This document shows, piece by piece, positions 1-11,279 of a stretch of DNA of 30,508 nt. The DNA is from Paramoeba atlantica (lineage: Eukaryota > Protista > Discosea): NCBI GenBank assembly GCA_977017575.1, contig CDRNVI010000230.1, positions 1 through 30,508 of the forward strand, given 5' to 3'. Below the pieces are notes generated by a model that was not told the origin of the DNA, did no database searches, and saw nothing but the letters and a program-made list of their open reading frames with translations. How positions within the stretch are numbered: position 1 is the stretch's first letter; every line of letters begins with the position of its first letter. The position numbers were made by a program, and so were the translations under genes.

Positions 1-700
1 CCTAAACCCTAAACCCTAAACCCTAAACCCTAAACCCTAAACCCTAAACCCTAAACCCTAAACCCTAAACCCTAAAACCCTAAACCACTAAACCCTAAAC
101 CCTAAACCCTAAACCCTAAACCCTAAACCCTAAACCCTAAACCCTAAACCCTAAACCCTAAACCCTAAACCCTAAACCCTAAACCCTAAACCCTAAACCC
201 TAAACCCTAAACCCTAAACCCTAAACCCTAAACCCTAAACCCTAAACCCTAAACCCTAAACCCTAAACCCTAAACCCTAAACCCTAAACCCTAAACCCTA
301 AACCCTAAACCCTAAACCCTAAACCCTAAACCCTAAACCCTAAACCCTAAACCCTAAACCCTAAACCCTAAACCCTAAACCCTAAACCCTAAACCCTAAA
401 CCCTAAACCCTAAACCCTAAACCCTAAACCCTAAACCCTAAACCCTAAACCCTAAACCCTAAACCCTAAACCCTAAACCCTAAACCCTAAACCCTAAACC
501 CTAAACCCTAAACCCTAAACCCTAAACCCTAAACCCTAAACCCTAAACCCTAAACCCTAAACCCTAAACCCTAAACCCTAAACCCTAAACCCTAAACCCT
601 AAACCCTAAACCCTAAACCCTAAACCCTAAACCCTAAACCCTAAACCCTAAACCCTAAACCCTAAACCCTAAACCCTAAACCCTAAACCCTAAACCCTAA
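1..700 (+). repeat. Telomeric array (CCCTAAA)n, i.e. TTTAGGG on the other strand
   Basis: About 100 near-perfect heptamers from the window start to ...CCCTAA|TAGATATC at 700/701. The C-rich strand at the 5' end is the orientation expected of a left chromosome end. Confidence 0.98.
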
Positions 701-3396
701 TAGATATCAGATAAATTCGTTTCTCCTGGAATCACTTTCAATCATGCAATAGGAAGTTTTGCTTCAAGAACTTTCCCATCAATACATTTCAGCGAATAAC
801 CTTTTGTCTCATTGTTATATTTAGCAATACAAAAAGGGCCTTCCCAGTATTGCTGCTATTTTGTAGTTCTTTTATTCACTTCTTTTATAACTGAAGTGCC
901 AATTGCCAGAGGTTTAGGTCACAAAGATTTTTTTTTCCATCTCATTTCATTTGCATCATCACAGCCTTTTTTACCTGCTTTTTTGAATAATTTTGCAAGT
1001 GCTGGATAAACTGAATAGACCATCTTCCAATTTCTTTCTAACAATTTTTCAGGAGTTGCAACTTCCAATTCCAACACCTTTCTTGATTTTGTAGTCAAAG
1101 CATTACGAAAAGCTTCTATAACTTTGTTGAAAAACAATGAGTCTTGATTACTTTGAATTTCCTTCAAAACACCAAAATTCACAAAAATAGATAGTAAAGC
1201 TTTCACAACTGACTCTGCTTCCTTGGAAATTAATTTATACAGTATCACGAAACAACTTGCAATATCTATTACAATAAGGACAATTGTATAGCCCTCATTT
1301 GACTCAGGCAACCCACAAATAAAATCCATATCAATTATCTCCATAAGCAGTGCTGAAGTAACTGGAGTAATCAGATGAAATCCAATTCTCCCATAATTGT
1401 ATTTCAGACACACCACACAACCTCAACAGACCATAATTACCATCCTTCTCATTGATGGTCAGTAGTAGCCTGCATGAAATAGTTTCCAAACTGTTCTTGA
1501 AACACTAGCATGACTTTTCTCATGCTTTTCTTTCACCAAAGGCAGTTTCTCTTCTTCCTCTGGCTCTTTCTTACCAAGTACATTCTCAATAAACTCTTTG
1601 AAATATCTTTTAGTTCCTTCAACAGACTCATCCTCACACTCAAGCGCAGCAACATCGCAAGCATCAATTGCTGGTTCAATAGAATCATTTGTAACTGGGT
1701 ATTTTTCTTGATACAATCAAGAGAGATAGTCTGGTAAAACATTATGGATCTCTTTTTGATAAACAATGTAGAAATTGTAATCCAACAGAAAATCCAACCA
1801 GTCTAAAATCATAAACTTTGTACTTGAATTCAAATACACAAGTGCCTTATGATCCGTCTCCACTCTAAACTTCTACCCAAAAACATATGAACGGAACTTC
1901 CTAATTGCAAAAATAATTGCCAAAAGTTCCCTCTTTGGTGCAAGATAATTTCATTGCCCCGCTTGAAGAGTTTTCAATGCAAATACAATATAACATTTCT
2001 TGTCATTTGCATCAACTTGGTACAATACCACACCAACTGCATATTGTGAAGCATCAGTTGCAATACGAAATTCTCAATCCCAATCTGGCTGAGACAACAC
2101 TAAAGCATTCAAGATAACCTCTTTGAAAAAATCAAAAGACTTGTCTTGCTCCTCACCCCACACCTTACCAAGATGCTTCATCTTTCACAACTTGTCCAAC
2201 AGAGCCACAATAGTCACATAATTTAGAACAAAATTCTTCAAAAAATTCAGAAAACCAAGAAAACTTTCAACTTGCTTTCCAGTCTGAGGTTTCACCATCT
2301 TCTGAGCCATTTTTTTTTTGAATGAATCGATCTCTCAAGTAAAACCATTAATTAAATGACCTATGAATTAAATCTTCTTCATGTAGAATTTTGATTTCTT
2401 CATTTTAATCTGAAATCCTGCTCTCATCAACTTTCAGATGACTCTGTGAGCTTCATTAGAATGATTTTCCAGCTTTTTAGAAAAAACTAGAAAATTATCC
2501 AAATAACTTGCAGCTTCATCTGAAACACTGATAACTCGTTCTCCTTGGACTTGAAAATGCATAACCGCACCTTTCAGCCCAAATGGCATCCTTACATATA
2601 CATACTGACTCTTATTAAGTGCCAGAAAACCCAACAATGGCTGACTCTTTTCTGACACCACAATATGATGATAAGCCTCCATGAGATCGATTTCAGTAAA
2701 ATATTTCACACTCCAAACATGTTCAAACAATTCCACAGGAGATGGCAAAATATTACTTGGATCCTTTGTTAAAACATTTACCACTCTCAAATCTAAACAA
2801 ACTCTAATATCATCAGGATCCATCCGACCACCAGACTTCTTAGAGACCGCTAAAAGAGGGAAATTCCACAAGTTTTTCTTGTTTTTGTCCCACTTCTTAA
2901 CAAATCCTTTTTTCACCCACTTGTTCACTCGCTCCATAACCTTTCCTTTCAATTTCTCAGGGATTGGATACTGTGGCACAAACTTCGGAGTGTCTTCTTT
3001 CAAAGAAATTTTAAACTTAGAACCTGGGAGCACACAATAAGAATTTTCTTGCAGTCTCTGGTTTTCCTTCAAAGCATCATCAATACTCTGAATAAACAAC
3101 TTGACTGACTCATCATCCCATTGCTCCTCTTGACTCTGATCCTCATCATCATTCAACCACTACCGATCATCGACTTGGACTTGACGAGCAATACTTGGGA
3201 AGATCGCTTCAATTCCTTAAACAGTCACCCCCAACTGCTTTGCATCTTTATGATGAATCAACAAACGATTACCAGTCAAGACTGGATTTCTCCAAACCTT
3301 AACTACAGTTGCATAAAACAAAGTATACACAGCAACCATCTTAAAACAAGTAAGTGTCTGTACTGCAGCACCAATGCTTTTGACAAATTGAGAACC
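701..3396 (-). mobile_element. Decayed Ty3/gypsy element (gypsy-1): pol pseudogene PR-RT-RNaseH-IN, truncated by the telomere
   Basis: Gypsy domain order on the minus strand. Probable protease C-half (..LGVTV*GIEAIFP, ~3160-3396). RT 2434-3156 (QYPIP, WNFPLLAVSK, RVCLDLR, RMPFGL, YLDN). RNase H ~1780-2100 (FRIATDASQYAV, KRELLAIIFAIRKF, TDHKAL). Integrase core 919-1416 (IDMDFI..LPES, IDIASCF). GPF motif (YWEGPF) at ~830-850. Multiple stops and frameshifts. Confidence 0.92.
2434..3156 (-). pseudogene. Gypsy-1 reverse transcriptase fragment
   Basis: RT motifs as above; catalytic YxDD is degenerate (YLDN); the frame ends at an in-frame TGA. Confidence 0.9.
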
Positions 3397-3667
3397 TGTC
3401 AAGTGGCAGGGTTTGGTGGAAGAAGATTGCTGAGAAAAGAAAAGAAAGGTGCAAACTTCATTCCATGGTGAGAGCTGGGAATGTGAAAAAACAAAGTCTC
3501 TCACACATTTATTTATGAACAGGTTTCAAGCACATATTTATCAATGTAACACCAAGTGCAAAAACAGAGAAACACACACAAATAAAAGCACACATAAGAG
3601 ACACAAAGACACAACAAGTTTAAGGAAGGGAACAACAGATGACGTCAGCACAAATAAATTCACAAGC
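3397..3667 (-). mobile_element. Partial LTR of a third family (family X) inserted in the gypsy-1 protease and itself interrupted by the copia
   Basis: The + strand begins TGTCAAGTGGCAGGGTTTGGTGGAAGAAG, closely resembling TGTGAAGTGGCCAGGAGTTTGGGGAAGG at the end of the TSD-flanked solo LTR 11280-11856, and continues with similar purine/AC-rich composition. The other end is not found. Confidence 0.6.
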
Positions 3668-3922
3668 TGAAAGATCAGAATATGGAGAATAAACTATGCA
3701 ATCAAATTGGGTCTGAAATAGGGCAAAGGTATTCTTGAAGGCACAATTCAATGATTGATCAATATCTCGGTGTGTAGTTGTCAGATTCAGATGGAACTAG
3801 CACCATTCGAAAGAGGAAGATGAGGCGCTTCAGGATAGCACAACTCGTGATCATAGAATTCACAAATAATGTTCTCCATTAAGTCAAACATTCTTCAAAC
3901 CAAGAATACTGATATTCTAACA
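3668..3922 (-). repeat. Putative copia 3' LTR (TGTTAGAATAT...ATCTTTCA)
   Basis: Starts with TG immediately after the PPT (3923-3931). The end at 3668 is inferred from a CA dinucleotide and a partial terminal inverted match (ATATTCTGA); there is no second LTR to confirm it. Confidence 0.6.
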
Positions 3923-3940
3923 CTCCTTTTCATCATGAAG

Positions 3941-6574
3941 TTAATTCGCAGAGCAACAGGGACAAATAAGATTATTCTGGTGAGGTGTAAACACATTGGG
4001 TCCAAGGGGTTTTGTAAAAATATTGGCAAGGTTATCTTTAGTGGGCACATAATCCAATTCAATCAAGCCATCTTGCAATGCTTTTCTTGTGTAATGGTTA
4101 AAAGCTTCAATTTGCTTAGTTCTTTGGTTTACACAGGGAATCTTTGCAATAGCCATTGCAGGTTCAGAATCAAATTGGAGCAAGAAAGGTCTTTTGTACG
4201 GGATGCACAACTCAGAGAGAATGTTATCAACAAATTTCAATTCATGGAATGCTTCAGCAAGGGCATGGTATTCAGATTCACAACTGGACCAACAAACTTG
4301 AGGAGATTTCTTGGAATGCCAGGAAATGGGGGAACCATTTGCAAAAATAGCAAAACCATAAGATGAGGATCTGTCTTCTGTAATATCTTGATGGCTTGAG
4401 TCAGCTTGGGCAGAAGTCACAAGTTTTTTAGTCTCAGATTTGGATTTGGGAAACACCAATTCATAATCAGGATATTTGGCAAGATAACTGAGAATTCGCA
4501 GAGCAGCTTTGTCATGATCTTCAGCATGGGTGTTCAAGAATCGAGAGCATTGGGAAACAGCATATGAAATATCAGGGCGAGTTTTCATCAACCAAATTAG
4601 AGAACCAACAAGACTTGCATAGGGAAAATCAGTAGGAGGTTCATCAGGCTTAGGCATAGGCAGAACTTTACTCATGGCAGGAGTATCACTCTTTCTTATT
4701 TTGTGGCAGTCAAAACTCTCCAATAAATTGTTGAGGAAGGCATGCTGATTGAGAGAAATTTCTTTGTGATTTTGTTTCACACCACAACCAAGGAACCAGG
4801 AGCATTTTCCACTAGGCTTCCACTTGAATCTTTCAATCAGTTTGGAGTAAATCTCTTCATGGAGCTTTGAACAAGTACAAACATCCAAATTATCATCAAC
4901 AACAGTTGGGAATAAACAGAAGTTTCCGTCAGGTTCAACATGAATGTAGAGATTGGGATCAGCAGTCAGACAATGGAATTGCAGTTCTTCAATAAGAAAT
5001 TTTTGAAAAGTCAGATTCCAACATTGTCCAGCAATTGGCACACCATAGAGAGCTTTGTTCAATTGACAGAGATATTTGGGATGTTCAGGATCTTCGAAAC
5101 CTTTGGATTGAGTGACATAATAAACAATATCACCATCAGGAATGTCAGCTTGGATATAGGCACTTGGGACATCTCCAGAATTCACATTAAGGTCAAACAT
5201 AGCAGCAATAGCAAATGTCAAATTGAGAGATTCAGTGGTTGCAGTTCCAACATAATTATCTTCTTGGTCAAAATTGGGATCTTTCGCAAGACTATGTTTT
5301 ACATGAGAACCGTTTGCACAAAATTGAGCTTTGAACTTGGATATTACACTATTTTCAGTCTTAATTCGAAATTGCCACAGGTCTTGTATAATAATGTGTT
5401 TCTTTCCATCCTTGGGGAACTTCAGGGGAGGAGGCACCAATTCCCAAGTCTTATTTTCAATATGAGCATCATATTCTCTTTTGCAGGCTTGTTTCCATTC
5501 TTCTTTTTCATTTGAATGGGCAGCTTGCTTATAGGATCGGGGGGTAACTTTGTCATTAACAACTTGGTCAGCATGGAAGGCATAGTCAAGGAAATCAAGA
5601 TCTTTGTAACCATGGCCAGGTTCACCAAATGTATTCCAAGGTATTTTCAGGACACTGAATGCTTTTCCAATGGTGCTATGTTGGTAGTCAGGGTCTTGGA
5701 AGTGAGCAAAGTGTCTTACTTCTTCAGCTGCATCATTAGATTCATTTGGTTCAGAGATGTTAATTTCATCATCAAGTTGAGATTGAGTAACAAGATTGAA
5801 ATCAACTTCAGGATCAGTTTCAGAGTTGTATGTAGAGGAAGAGTAAGGAGATGCAGATTGGTCTGTAGGGTTATAAGGGTCAGAATCATGATCATCTGGT
5901 GGGTAATCAAACATTTCATAATTATTAAAGTCATTCAGCAATTCAGGTTCAAATGTGTCAGCAGAGCCATAATCAGTTCCTTCACTTTCTTCATCCTTCA
6001 TATCTAATTCTGTCATTTGAGGGAGAATTTCAGAATCAAGGGCTGCAGCAGCTTGAGCAGGATCAACAATTGGAGAAGAAGAGGAACTAGAAGAGGAACA
6101 AGAGGAACAAGAAGAAGATGTAGGTGTGTAAGAACCATCGCTTTGAGCAAAATCGGGAGGAGGCATACTGAGAAGCACCATCTCATCATCATCATCATTA
6201 CTGTACACATCTGTACTGTGGGTTTTCTCATTCAAAGCAGTATGTTTTGAATGTAAGTTTACAGGAGCAGGAGTGGAATGGCCTATTCTGTTCTCCCTTT
6301 CAACATCAACAGGGTAATCATCATCAATTACAATTTCAGCAGAATTGTCAGGATTCTCATGTACACAATCCATGGGATTTGTGTTTGTACTCAGAACGTC
6401 ATCACAGTCTGATAATTTCGAAAAATCAATGAATTTTTCATTCAAATAAGTGTTAAAATAGTGTGGGATATTCCCTCTATCAATATGCTTCAACAGGTTC
6501 GAAACACCAAAGACATATTCATCAAATACCACACTTGAACTTTCAAAAATAGTTTTCTTTACAGGGTCATACAA
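3941..6574 (-). pseudogene. Copia pol C-terminal part: linker, RT and RNase H
   Basis: TWELVP, WQFRIK..KFKAQFCANG, DVPSAYIQA, LNKALYG, VVDD, FLGCGV, PYASLVGSLIWL..RPDISYAVS, SSCESEYHA, NLANIFTKPL. The frame is open for 877 aa but the RNase H ADxFTK Asp is Asn. Confidence 0.92.
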
Positions 6575-6669
6575 AATATAACCATTAATTTTCTCTGAGG
6601 GGCCAAGATAGATTGTGCACAGGGTGTTAGTTTAGCCCCAGGGGAATTCAGTGAAAGATGAAGCTCAAG

Positions 6670-7365
6670 AAGGAGAAGAATTATGAACTTGTAGAGTTCA
6701 GATATTAGCTGAAGAAGAGAAAGAGAAAGAAACTCACTTGGGAGTTTTAGAATAAAAAAAGTGCTTGAAGACCATTCTTGAGTCCATTGTTCTCTGTGTG
6801 TTGGAGTGACTGTGTGTCTGGTGTGGGGTCAGGAGGTTGTTCACTTTTTTTGGTTGAAAGTCCTTTTTTATTTGGTTGAGTATGTCATTTGAATTATTCG
6901 ATTTGCTTGATGATGTGTCGTCAATTTTTGATGAAAAAGTTTTGTTTTGTATGGAGCTTGGATCCATGAAAAGACATTTGATGTGTTCGAATCGAGGATT
7001 GAGTTCGATGTGTTTGAATCAAGGATTGGTTTCGATTGGTTCAGAACCAGAGCAATCAAGTTTATTGAGTTTGCTGGGTATGAGTTCAATGGTACAGAAG
7101 TCTTCCAAATCTGTAGAGAAAGAGGATGTTCTTCAAGATAATTCAAATGACATACTCGACCAAATAAAAAAGGACTTTCAACCAAAAAAAGTGAACGACC
7201 TCCTGACCCCACACCAGACACACAGTCACTCCGACACACAGAGAACAATGGACTCAAGAATGGTCTTCAAGCGCTTTTTTTATTCTGAAACTCTCAAGTG
7301 AGTTTCTTTCTCTTTCTCTTCTTCAGCTAATATCTGAACTCTACAAGTTCATAATTCTTCTCCTT
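6670..7365. repeat. Inverted duplication: 228-bp arms 6670-6897 and 7138-7365 with a 240-bp spacer
   Basis: The arms align by eye without gaps and with 6 substitutions, all transitions. The right arm is flanked by an 18-bp direct repeat (7122-7139 / 7366-7383, 1 mismatch). Confidence 0.95.
6980..7033 (+). repeat. 27-bp tandem duplication in the spacer of the inverted repeat
   Basis: GATGTGTTCGAATCGAGGATTGAGTTC / GATGTGTTTGAATCAAGGATTGGTTTC; two CpGs of copy 1 are TG/CA in copy 2. Confidence 0.85.
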
Positions 7366-7821
7366 GAGAATGTTCTTCAAGATGCTGAATCAAGCAGTCT
7401 GAAGCCTCTCCATCTCCTCCTTGGTGTGTTGTCATGTGGTCTGAATTATGAACTGGTGAATTGGGAAAAATGAAAGTGATTTGGTTGATGTGACGTGTTT
7501 TTATTGGTTGATAATTCTAGCAACTTTTCATCAAGCTGACTTTGGTGAACAAACTCTTTTGGTGAAACAATCAATAAAAACATTTTTATGACTTACCATG
7601 CTTTAGGCCCAGAATTTTTCAAAAAAAAAAAAACCCTCAAGAAACCCTCAGTGCAGAAACCCAAAAAATACTTTTTTGGAGCATTAAAATTTAGTAGTTC
7701 TTATTTCTGCATTTTCATTTTTGTTTTCCTCTCTCCTTCATTTTCTCTCTTTCTTTATGATAAAATTGGGACCTTATTTTTTATTTTTCTATTTTATTAT
7801 TTTCCCTTCTCCCTCCCCCAC

Positions 7822-8102
7822 TGAACACGTCTACTTTGGTACAGACTAAAGAAGGCGTGTCAGAAATATGTTGAATGAACAACTGAAGAGCAGTCCTCAG
7901 AAGTCTCACGAAAAAGCAAGAAACTTCTTGATGACATCATCAATGGTGTTCTTTATTTAGATTCACAGAAGGTCGACTTGGAGGAGACCAAGGGTTGACT
8001 TGAAGGAGATTGGGAATTGACTTGGAGAAGATCAAGAGTCAGATCAAACAAATAAAGCAGAGAGTCAAGTGTCTTCAGAGTAGCGTACATTGCTCATGTG
8101 CA
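7822..8102 (-). repeat. Gypsy-2 3' LTR
   Basis: 281 bp, 269/281 identical to 14567-14847, adjacent to the PPT. Confidence 0.97.
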
Positions 8103-8104
8103 CT

Positions 8105-8946
8105 CTTCCCACCTGAGAAGTCCTTTGTTTAGGAGAAACAGAGGTGCTCGAAGAAGAGCCTGAGGAGCTTGAAGAGCTTGAGAACTTGGAAGAGGAAGAA
8201 GACTTCTTGGTTGATTTAGAGGTTGACAGTTTGGAGGTTTTCAATGACTTAGAGGAAGAGGAAGAGGAAGAAGACTTCTTGGGTGACTTGGAAGTTGATG
8301 ATTTGGAGGATGATGACTTAGAGGAAGATGATTTAGAAGGAGGTGGATTCAGAGGGTGTTTCTGATGATACCTTTTGATTTGTTCTGAAGCATCAATTTG
8401 TGAAACATGGATCCATTCAGCGTCGGCCTTTCAGTAGTGTTTGAAATGCACTCAGTAATAAAGTTCTCCATTTGAATACTTATGCTTAAGGATTTCCTTC
8501 ACTTCAAAATCATAACCATCAGCATTTTCAACAATCTCTTCAGGTGCTGGCTCTGAATTAACAATAGATATTTCATTTGATTCAGGATGCAGAGTAATCT
8601 CATACTGAACATGGAGTTTCTTTAAGTTCTGAACATTTTGAATTTCTGAATTCTTCTCTTGTTTGAGTTCTTGAATCTGGTAACTTCCATTCTTAAGATC
8701 CTCCACAACCACATAAATTTCTTGGTAGTAATAGAGTCTGTACTTCTTCGCAATCTCTTTTCCTTTTGATTTGTTTCTCTTCAACACTTGATCACCAACC
8801 TTCAACATAGTGTATGTTCCTTCATTTGCTTTGTCATATTGTTGTTTTTGTTTCACAGCCACTTTCTCTCTCTCCTCTCGAACCCAATTAATCACACCCT
8901 CCCTCTCAGTTTGTAGCTTCTTGACATAGTCATCAATCAGTACCAT
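8105..8946 (-). pseudogene. Gypsy-2 integrase C-terminus, chromodomain (~8353-8514) and Ser/Lys-rich tail
   Basis: Reading through TGA at 8452-8454 and 8431-8433 gives FEVKEILKHKYSNGELYY*VHFKHY*KADAEWIHVSQIDASEQIKRYHQKHP, then SKSSSSKSSSSKSSTSKSPKK... up to the PPT. Confidence 0.88.
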
Positions 8947-9237
8947 TTTTTTTTTTTTTTTTGAGGCAGACTTTATTCAATTAGTAGTTCTTAATCTAAG
9001 CCATTTGAATTACATTAAATTATGTTTGTTTTTAACCTCTAACAAGAGGTGAAGTTTTAAACTTCAGCTTAGTTCAGTCAGTCTTTATGCTGAACTTTAG
9101 AACTTCTGCAAGTTCAGGCTGGAGAATGCACATCAGAAGGGAGAATAATCCAAAGCTCCTTCCAAGGGAATTTATCCTCAACTTTTTAGTAGACAGGGCT
9201 GAGATGTAACCTGTTCTGATTTTCACACTTCTTCAAG
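8946..9237 (-). mobile_element. Poly(A)-tailed retroposed insertion (SINE-like, or 3' end of a LINE or mRNA) in gypsy-2 integrase
   Basis: A17 tail (T-run 8946-8962), AATAAA 9 nt upstream of the tail, and a 15-bp TSD CATCAATCAGTACCA at 8931-8945 and 9238-9252. Removing it rejoins KPVVLID|DYVKKLQ. Confidence 0.93.
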
Positions 9238-10061
9238 CATCAATCAGTACCACTGGTTTGTTCACAGAGCTGAAGAGAGAATCGATTGGCATAATTGGAT
9301 GTTTCCCAAAGTGAAGATAGAAAGGTGTGTAACCAGTCGAGGAGGAATGAGAAGTATTGAAAGCAAATTCCACAAAAGGTAAGAGAAGGTCCCAATCATC
9401 TGCATATTTATCAACAAATGAGCGAATAATTGATTCTGTAACTTTGTGGGAACATTCAACATGGCCATTACTTTTGGAGTTGTAGGAGGCAATAAAAGTT
9501 TGTTTCATTCCGAGAAGCTGGGTCAGTTCTGCAAAAATTTGATTTGCAAATTCTGAACCATTATCTGTTACTATCCGCAAAGGCATTGAATTAACACAAA
9601 CATACTGAAGTAAAGCTTCAGCAGAGGCTTTGGCAGAGGGATCTGGAATTGCATACAGACGTATATAGCCACTAAAGTTATCAAGGATAGCCAAAATAAA
9701 AGAATTTCCATGAGCAGTGACTTTTGGTCCCTTTGTACAATCCAGGTGGAGTAAAATTCCAGGATAAGAAGCCATATAAGGGTTTAAATCAGATGTCAAT
9801 GTCTTTGTTTTTGAGTTGATTGCACAATTAAGGCAGCAGTGATAGTAACCTTTGATCACAGCACTCATACCAGGAAAATAATAGGAGACAGCAATTGCAT
9901 CATAAAGTCACTCAAACTTGTGGTGTTCAGAGATTAGATCTGAATGATAAGCATCAAATACTGTATTCCACAAACTCTGGGGCAGAATTGCAGGTGGGAG
10001 ACAACCAGCAGCTGTAGTTTCATCCACTTTCCTCAAGATTCCAGATTCATTAACTCAGTAC
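9233..10061 (-). pseudogene. Gypsy-2 integrase zinc-binding and catalytic core
   Basis: YH..H...YFPGM...CLNC (HHCC-like), LHLDC, AILDNFS, IVTDNGSEF, YNSKSNGHVE, GYTPFYLHFG. Confidence 0.92.
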
Positions 10062-10597
10062 TGTTACGATCCTGTTGGCTCTTGTGTTTTCCATTTGGAG
10101 CCATTCTCACTCCCTCTTCTGCCAAACAACTGATCTCTCTCTCCCTGTTCTCCCCGATTGACACTCTCTCTCTTCCCTCTCTTTTCCTTCTTCTCTTTTC
10201 TCTCTCTTTCTCTTCTTTCCCTTCCTCTTTTTTTTATCCTTCCTCCCTCCTTCTCTTTCTTTCCTCTTTTTTTTCTTTTCTTTTTCTTTTTCCCCTTTTC
10301 TCACTTTTCCTCCCCTCTCTTTTCTCCTGTCTTTTTCCTTTTCTCCGTGCTTTTCAGGATGTTGATTCATGAATGATCCACCTGTGTTCTATTGCAGTTA
10401 TCTGCCACTAAAACGCTCTTTTCACACTGTTTTTGCTGTCTTTCTCTCCTTTGCTTTGTGTTGTTTTCCCCCCTTTTTCTCTGCTGTCACAAATCATTTG
10501 TTTCCCCTTTTCTGTTTGTTGATACAAATAAATCATTCTCTTCAGTTCCTTTCTGTTGTGTTTTCTTGTCCCTCTCCCTCTTCCCCTTGGCCACACA
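10062..10597 (+). mobile_element. Solo LTR (family X, 536 bp) inserted in the gypsy-2 RH-IN connection
   Basis: TGTTACGATCCTG...TGGCCACACA with 5-bp TSD AGTAC (10057-10061 / 10598-10602). Excision restores the pol frame (..TAHKY|*VNESGILRK..). Confidence 0.92.
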
Positions 10598-11279
10598 AGT
10601 ACTTGTGAGCAGTTCATTGGAGTGCCCAAAGATAGCGCTTCCTCTTAGGCAAGAGGCCATTAATCAAGTAATTAATAATCATTGAGTAAAACTTATCTTT
10701 CCTTTGAGCCTGAGCAAGGTAAGGAAGTTCAACTAAAACCCAATCAATGTTATCCATATCTGCTTCAACATTCTCAGAACTTTCTTTTGCTGTGGAAAGT
10801 GGCAGAGGCAGTGATTGAATAGGAGGAATGTCACGAATTTCCGGCTCACTGATTAATTCAATTTTTTCCAAAATGTCATTTTGTCTCAAGAGGATATGGG
10901 TTTTTCCTGAAGAAGATTGTCCCAAATCCACCAACTCTTCAAACCAACAAGTCACATAATCCTTTGAAGTGGCCTTATCATGATATCCAACATACTGGCG
11001 GCTTAGAGCATTAGGGATTGCCATCAACTTTCCAGGTTTGTGAATGACCTTTGGGTGATATTCTAGAATTCAAGCAACCCAATTGCACAGCATATCATGG
11101 TTCGATACTTTCTGTTGACCAGTTTTAAACACAGATTTGAGAGATTTGCAATCACAGAACACAATAGGATTTCGACCACAGATGTAATACTTGAAGTTGT
11201 TTAATGCCCACAGGATTCCAAGGCCCTCCTGCAGAGGATTAGTGTACTTCTGCTGTGTCTCTGTGAGTGTTCGAGAAGC

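Larger units (their letters stand above)
3668..6650 (-). mobile_element. 5'-truncated Ty1/copia LTR retrotransposon
   Basis: 877-aa pol ORF followed 10 nt later by a polypurine tract (GAAAAGGAG) and a TG-starting putative LTR. The post-integrase SH3-like motif (YLGP..GYILYDP..SSVVFDE) is frameshifted near 6575-6640. No gag, protease or integrase core upstream. Confidence 0.9.

Noticed and set aside
70-92. Variant telomere units CCCTAAAA (70-77) and CCACTAAA (85-92)
   Set aside because: Two isolated variants near the distal end; indistinguishable from read error or ordinary telomerase slippage.
3869-6007. Long + strand ORFs 3869-4366, 4940-5515 and 5516-6007
   Set aside because: Antisense shadows of the copia pol with no recognisable motifs.
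6652-6660. TGAAAGAT, the same 8 bp as the proposed copia LTR edge at 3668, as a possible 5' LTR
   Set aside because: Similarity stops after 8 bp and no PBS is adjacent.
6670-7365. Inverted repeat as the termini of a DIRS element or a DNA transposon
   Set aside because: No tyrosine recombinase, transposase or internal complementary region. The direct repeat flanks only one arm, not the pair.
7631-7662. AAACCCT-like heptamers as an interstitial telomere remnant
   Set aside because: Only two full and one partial copy, irregularly spaced in A-rich DNA; compatible with chance.
8144-8365. E/D/L-rich + strand ORF
   Set aside because: Antisense of the Ser/Lys tail of gypsy-2 pol.
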